Assembly (NCBI GenBank): GCA_045532035.1
Contig: JAZSFD010000015.1
Location: 1-55,594 of the forward strand
Direction of reading: 5' to 3'
Source of the DNA: Eubacteriales bacterium
Lineage (GTDB): Bacteria > Bacillota > Clostridia > Oscillospirales > CAG-382
DNA: 55,594 nt
Shown one piece after another: positions 51,309 to 55,594 of this stretch. The stretch's first letter is position 1. Every line of letters starts with the position of its first letter. The position numbers were made by a program, and so were the translations under genes. Under the pieces are notes generated by a model. The model saw only the letters and a list, made by a program, of their open reading frames with translations, was not told where the DNA came from and did not search any database.

Positions 51309-51929
51309 ATGGCTAAAAGTGATAAATTTTATTTCGAGAATTTTGCGGAACGCGCTGTGCTTTCCAAAAAGGCTGCTGTTTATCTTGTGGAATGTCTTGA
51401 AAACTACGATCCCGACAAAATTGAAATGATGATGCATAATATGCATGAAATCGAACACGCCGCCGACATAAAGAAGCATGAAATGAATGATGCTCTTGCA
51501 AAAGCGTTTGTCACCCCGGTTGACCGTGAAGACCTCGATATGCTGAGTTCTAACCTTGACCATGTAACCGACAATCTGGAAGAGATCATGCAGAAATTCT
51601 ATATCTACAACATTAACACAGTTGATCATTCTGTAATAGAATTTGCAAAAAAGCTCGTTAAATCTTGTGAATTACTCTGTTCTCTCATGGATGAGTTTGA
51701 AAATTTCAAGCGTTCCAAGAAGATCCATAACCTCATCGTTGAGCTCAACGATGCCGAAGAGGAATGCGACAAACTGTATCTTTCATCAATGCGCGAACTT
51801 ACAAAAAACTCCGGCGATGTCCTCAATATAGTTTCCTGGCATGAGATTTACGAATGCTTTGAGGCTTGTGCAGATGCTTGCGAGCATGTAAGCGAATGTG
51901 TCGGATCGGTTATTATGAAAAACACTTAA
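51309..51929 (+). CDS. DUF47/PhoU-like phosphate transport regulator
   Basis: EHAAD, FVTPVDREDL, EEECD, DACE; follows pit. Confidence 0.9.
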   Translation: MAKSDKFYFENFAERAVLSKKAAVYLVECLENYDPDKIEMMMHNMHEIEHAADIKKHEMNDALAKAFVTPVDREDLDMLSSNLDHVTDNLEEIMQKFYIYNINTVDHSVIEFAKKLVKSCELLCSLMDEFENFKRSKKIHNLIVELNDAEEECDKLYLSSMRELTKNSGDVLNIVSWHEIYECFEACADACEHVSECVGSVIMKNT

Positions 51930-52086
51930 GTTTTGCACCAAGCTCCTTACTTAAATCCGGTTTTGCAGTTGTATTGATAAATCATCTTTTTTGATTATCA
52001 AACCACATGCAACAAATATCTTGAATCTTTCACGCTTTCGCAGCAAAACAATATGCAGTCAAATACACAGAGAGGAGGAATTGTAT

Positions 52087-53010
52087 ATGAATATTCTACA
52101 CATAAAATACGCGGTAGAAGTGGCAAGGCTTGGTTCTCTGAACAAGGCGGCGGAAACTCTGCTCATTGCACAACCCAATATTAGCCGTTCCATCAAAGAG
52201 CTTGAAGCCGATCTCGGAATTTCGATATTTAATCGCAGCGCCAAGGGAATGGAGCTTACTCCTGAGGGCGAGGAATTCATAGGTTACGCACAAAATATTT
52301 TGAAGCAGATCGATGAAGTGGAAATGGTCTACAAGCAGGGGGCTCCCAAGAAGCAAAAATTCTCCATATCTGTTCCTCGCGCCTGCTATATTTCGGATGC
52401 CTTTGCCGAGTTCTCAAAACATCTCAGCGACGATCCTGCCGAGATATTTTATAAAGAAACAAACTCGCAAAGAACGATCAACAATGTGCTGAACAGAGAT
52501 TACAAGCTTGGAATCATTCGCTATGCGGAGAATTATGATAAATACTTTAAGGCTATGCTTGAGGAAAAAGCTCTTTCCTATGAGATGGTTGCTGAATTTA
52601 CCTATGTCCTCATTACAAGCCGCAACAATCCGCTCGCGCAAAAGGATGAGATAACATTTGACGATCTTGTGCCGTATATAGAAATCGCTCACGCCGATCC
52701 TTATGTTCCCTCCTTGCCTCTTTCCAAAGTGGTAAAGGAGGAGCTTCCCGACAATATCGACCGCCGTATATTCATTTTTGAGAGAGCAAGCCAATTCGAC
52801 CTTCTCTCCGAGAATCATGACACGTTTATGTGGGTATCTCCCGCATCGCAAAAGGTTCTTGACAGGTACGATCTTGTACAGAAAAAGTGTGTTGATATCA
52901 AAAAAGTCTACAAGGACATTCTTATATACAGAGAAGGCTACAAGCTGACAAAGCTTGACAAGCAATTCATTACCGCACTCTGTGATACAAGAAGAAAATA
53001 CCTTAAATAA
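52087..53010 (+). CDS. LysR-family transcriptional regulator
   Basis: GSLNKAA..AQPNISRSIKELEADLG..LTPEG; start ATG 52087 with RBS gaggag. Confidence 0.92.
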   Translation: MNILHIKYAVEVARLGSLNKAAETLLIAQPNISRSIKELEADLGISIFNRSAKGMELTPEGEEFIGYAQNILKQIDEVEMVYKQGAPKKQKFSISVPRACYISDAFAEFSKHLSDDPAEIFYKETNSQRTINNVLNRDYKLGIIRYAENYDKYFKAMLEEKALSYEMVAEFTYVLITSRNNPLAQKDEITFDDLVPYIEIAHADPYVPSLPLSKVVKEELPDNIDRRIFIFERASQFDLLSENHDTFMWVSPASQKVLDRYDLVQKKCVDIKKVYKDILIYREGYKLTKLDKQFITALCDTRRKYLK

Positions 53011-53015
53011 CAATG

Positions 53016-53044
53016 ATGGCTTTGCAAAACTGCAAAGCCATTTT
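53016..53044 (+). terminator. rho-independent terminator
   Basis: atggctttgca/tgcaaagccat followed by a T-run. Confidence 0.7.
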
Positions 53045-53058
53045 GTATAGATACGATA

Positions 53059-53126
53059 TATATCGATATTGATAATACCGATATAACATTTTAATTATTC
53101 CCAAGCCTTTTTGCTTGTGATATAAT
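53059..53126 (+). promoter_or_regulatory. operator/promoter module upstream of the Fe-ADH gene (copy 1)
   Basis: 46-bp block shared with 54723-54768; TTCCCA-N17-TATAAT with TG extension. Confidence 0.7.
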
Positions 53127-53169
53127 GAAGCCGTAAATAAAAAAACACACTCACAAGGAGAAAAAAGTT

Positions 53170-54387
53170 ATGGCTCGTTTTACATTACCCCGCGATCTCT
53201 ATCATGGCAAGGGTGCTCTTGAAGCACTGAAAACTCTTAAAGGAACTCGCGCAATGGTTTGCGTAGGTGGCGGTTCCATGAAGCGCTTCGGGTTCCTTGA
53301 CAAAGTCGTTTCTTATCTTAAGGAAGCAGGCATGGAAGTTGAGCTCTTTGAAGGTATCGAGCCCGATCCTTCCGTAGACACTGTTATGCGCGGCGCAGCG
53401 GCTATGCAGAAGTTCCAGCCCGACTGGATCGTTGCAATCGGCGGCGGTTCGCCCATCGATGCTGCAAAGGCAATGTGGATCAAATACGAATATCCCGAAA
53501 TCACTTTTGAAGAAATGTGCGTAGTGTTCGGTATTCCCGAGCTCCGCAAGAAGGCTCGCTTTGTTGCAATTCCTTCCACTTCCGGTACAGCCACCGAGGT
53601 TACAGCTTTCTCGGTTATTACCGACTATAAAAAGGGTATCAAATATCCTCTCGCTGACTTCGAGATCACTCCCGACATCGCAATCGTTGATCCCGAGCTT
53701 GCTGAAACAATGCCCAAGAAGCTCACCGCTCACACCGGTATGGACGCTATGACTCACGCAATCGAAGCATATGTTTCCACTGCTAACTGTGAATTTACCG
53801 ATCCTCTTGCTATTTTTGCAATCAAGATGATTCAGGACAATCTTGTTGATTCCTACAACGGCGACATGACAAAGCGCGCTTCTATGCACAACGCTCAGTG
53901 CCTTGCAGGTATGGCATTCTCCAATGCTCTTCTCGGCATTGTTCACTCTATGGCTCACAAGACCGGTGCTATCTTTGAGGATCTCGGCGCTCACATCATC
54001 CACGGTGCTGCAAACGCCATGTATCTTCCCAAGGTTATCGCTTTCAATGCAAAGGATGAAACTGCAAAGAAGCGTTACGGCGTAATCGCTGACTACATGG
54101 GTCTTGGCGGAGCAAATGACGATGAAAAGGTTGCAAACCTTATCTCTTACCTCCGTGGCATGAACGACGCTCTCAGCATTCCTCAGTGCATCAAGAACTA
54201 CGGCCTTGACAGCCTCCCCTGCGAAAACGGTTTCATTCCCGAGAACATCTTCCTCGAAAGACTTCCCGAGATCGCAAAGAATGCAGTTGCAGACGCTTGC
54301 ACAGGCTCTAACCCCAGAAAGATTTCTGTTGAAGAGATGGAAAAGCTTCTTAAGTGCTGCTATTACGACACCGAAGTTGATTTCTAA
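53170..54387 (+). CDS. iron-containing alcohol (butanol) dehydrogenase
   Basis: GGGSPID, PSTSGTATE, DAMTHAIE, HSMAH, HGAAN. Confidence 0.93.
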   Translation: MARFTLPRDLYHGKGALEALKTLKGTRAMVCVGGGSMKRFGFLDKVVSYLKEAGMEVELFEGIEPDPSVDTVMRGAAAMQKFQPDWIVAIGGGSPIDAAKAMWIKYEYPEITFEEMCVVFGIPELRKKARFVAIPSTSGTATEVTAFSVITDYKKGIKYPLADFEITPDIAIVDPELAETMPKKLTAHTGMDAMTHAIEAYVSTANCEFTDPLAIFAIKMIQDNLVDSYNGDMTKRASMHNAQCLAGMAFSNALLGIVHSMAHKTGAIFEDLGAHIIHGAANAMYLPKVIAFNAKDETAKKRYGVIADYMGLGGANDDEKVANLISYLRGMNDALSIPQCIKNYGLDSLPCENGFIPENIFLERLPEIAKNAVADACTGSNPRKISVEEMEKLLKCCYYDTEVDF

Positions 54388-54410
54388 TAACGGTTAACTC
54401 GTAAATATAA

Positions 54411-54449
54411 AAAATGGCAGTTACCGATCTGCTCGGTAACCGCCATTTT
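54411..54449 (+). terminator. rho-independent terminator
   Basis: aaaatggcagttaccga/tcggtaaccgccatttt. Confidence 0.8.
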
Positions 54450-54579
54450 GCGAATGGAAAACAAAAATGTATAGAAAGGTCGTTTCGGGAAGATGCGACC
54501 TTTCTGTTTGTTGTAATATTTCAAAACAAATTACAAAATTATTGTTGAAATATTGCAGATATTGTGATATTATATATAC

Positions 54580-54695
54580 ATAAATATATGGCAGAGGTAA
54601 TTGTTGTGATATCATGATTATCTTCCCTTTCCCTCAAAAGTACAATTATAAAATTTTCAAGCAGTTTCTCTGTCATGGTGAAGCTGCTTATTTTT
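54580..54695 (+). ncRNA. candidate small RNA (~115 nt)
   Basis: own promoter TTGAAA-N17-TATTAT (54545-54573), CU-rich motif, terminator at 54659-54695. Confidence 0.35.
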
Positions 54696-54722
54696 ATCGG
54701 TAACATAAATATCGATTCGGGC

Positions 54723-54797
54723 TATATCGATACTTATATTACCGATATAACATTTTAATAATTCCCAAACCGCCAAGTTTGTGTTAAAATATTAACA
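54723..54797 (+). promoter_or_regulatory. operator/promoter module upstream of rex-adhE (copy 2) with a Rex box
   Basis: 46-bp block 42/46 identical to 53059-53104; TGTTAA-N4-TTAACA at 54782-54797 overlapping the -10. Confidence 0.75.
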
Positions 54798-54817
54798 GAT
54801 CAATAAGGAGGCGGCAA

Positions 54818-55438
54818 ATGAACGGATATTCTATCCCCAAGGCAACGCTTGGAAGACTTCCGAAATATCTTGAATACCTTAGAAACCTGCCGGAATCGCG
54901 CTGTACAATATCGGCGACCGCAATTGCTGGGGCGTTATCGCTCGGTGATGTTCAGGTACGCAAGGATCTTGCAGCCGTAAGCGGTGCAGGCAAACCAAAA
55001 ATTGGTTATGAAACCGACAAATTGATTACCGACATTGAAAGCCATCTCGGGTACGAGAGACTGACGAATGCGGTTCTCGTTGGCGCAGGAAAGCTTGGAC
55101 GCGCACTGCTCGATTACGATGGGTTCGAAGAGTTTGGGGTAAAAATCGTTGCCGGTTTTGATTGCAACGAGCAAGTCATTCAAATAAGTAACACCTCAAA
55201 ATCAATTCTCCCCATCAAGAAGCTCAATGACTATTGCAGAGAAAACAAGGTCAAACTCGGAATTATCACGGTTGGTCAAGGCTCGGCGCAGGATGTTTGC
55301 GACAAGCTCGTGGAAAGTGGCATTGAAGCGATATGGAATTTTGCCCCCATCACCTTAAAAGCGCCAAACGGAGTACTTCTCAAGCAAGAAAATTTAGCGT
55401 TATCCCTCGCATATCTCAACAACCAAATCAGTAAATAA
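54818..55438 (+). CDS. rex: redox-sensing transcriptional repressor Rex
   Basis: IPKATLGRLPKY, QVRKDL, VGAGKLG, IWNFAP. Confidence 0.93.
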   Translation: MNGYSIPKATLGRLPKYLEYLRNLPESRCTISATAIAGALSLGDVQVRKDLAAVSGAGKPKIGYETDKLITDIESHLGYERLTNAVLVGAGKLGRALLDYDGFEEFGVKIVAGFDCNEQVIQISNTSKSILPIKKLNDYCRENKVKLGIITVGQGSAQDVCDKLVESGIEAIWNFAPITLKAPNGVLLKQENLALSLAYLNNQISK

Positions 55439-55457
55439 TTTTTAGGAGGACATAAAA

Positions 55458-55594
55458 ATGGAACTCAAAACCTATCAGATTGTAGACAGTGTAGAAGCGC
55501 TGCAAGAAGCGAACACTCGCGTGAGAGAGGCTCAGAAGATATTTGCAACCTACACCCAGGAACAGGTTGACAAGATCTTCCTGGCAGCTGCATC
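55458..55594 (+). CDS. adhE: bifunctional acetaldehyde-CoA/alcohol dehydrogenase, 5' fragment (truncated by the window)
   Basis: RBS aggagg; MELKTYQIVDSVEALQEANTRVREAQKIFATYTQEQVDKIFLAAA; follows rex. Confidence 0.8.
   Translation, partial: MELKTYQIVDSVEALQEANTRVREAQKIFATYTQEQVDKIFLAAA

Noticed and set aside
1-55594. tRNA, rRNA, recognisable riboswitches, transposases, reverse transcriptases
   Set aside because: None recognised by eye; a covariance-model scan would be needed to exclude small RNAs fully.

Overview
A 55.6-kb chromosomal segment from an anaerobic, probably spore-forming Clostridia-like Firmicute (inferred from spo0A, tepA, rex, reverse rubrerythrin and sigma-A promoter style). 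(1) 1-~3.65 kb: right end of an AT-rich integrative island abutting the 3' end of a rubrerythrin gene. It carries two intact tyrosine recombinases, an antitoxin-less RelE/Gp49-like gene and several att/dif-like sites. (2) 3.7-24.8 kb: housekeeping backbone (perR-rbr, lon-engB, spo0A, DUF512-der-plsY-sortase B, yceD-rpmF, zur-znuACB, prfA-sua5-coaE-slt-aminopeptidase, tepA). (3) 24.8-49.9 kb: accessory catabolic region with two unclassified glycyl-radical enzymes and no activase, a two-component system, an AraC-flanked Gfo/Gfo/TIM-barrel/nagB/nagA amino-sugar operon, one ~2,250-aa secreted multi-esterase split by three 1-bp deletions, an FAD oxidoreductase and a beta-helix protein. (4) 50-55.6 kb: pit-DUF47, LysR, Fe-ADH, rex and the start of adhE. 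Most notable observations: Spo0A with Glu at the phosphoacceptor position 56; a glycyl-radical enzyme with Phe at its catalytic-Cys position; the giant triple-esterase protein; a promoter firing into a dif-like site next to a small recombinase; a hairpin-packed 184-bp insert between duplicated terminators; and a candidate sRNA. All calls come from motif recognition by eye and no database searches were run. Several frameshifts may be assembly errors.
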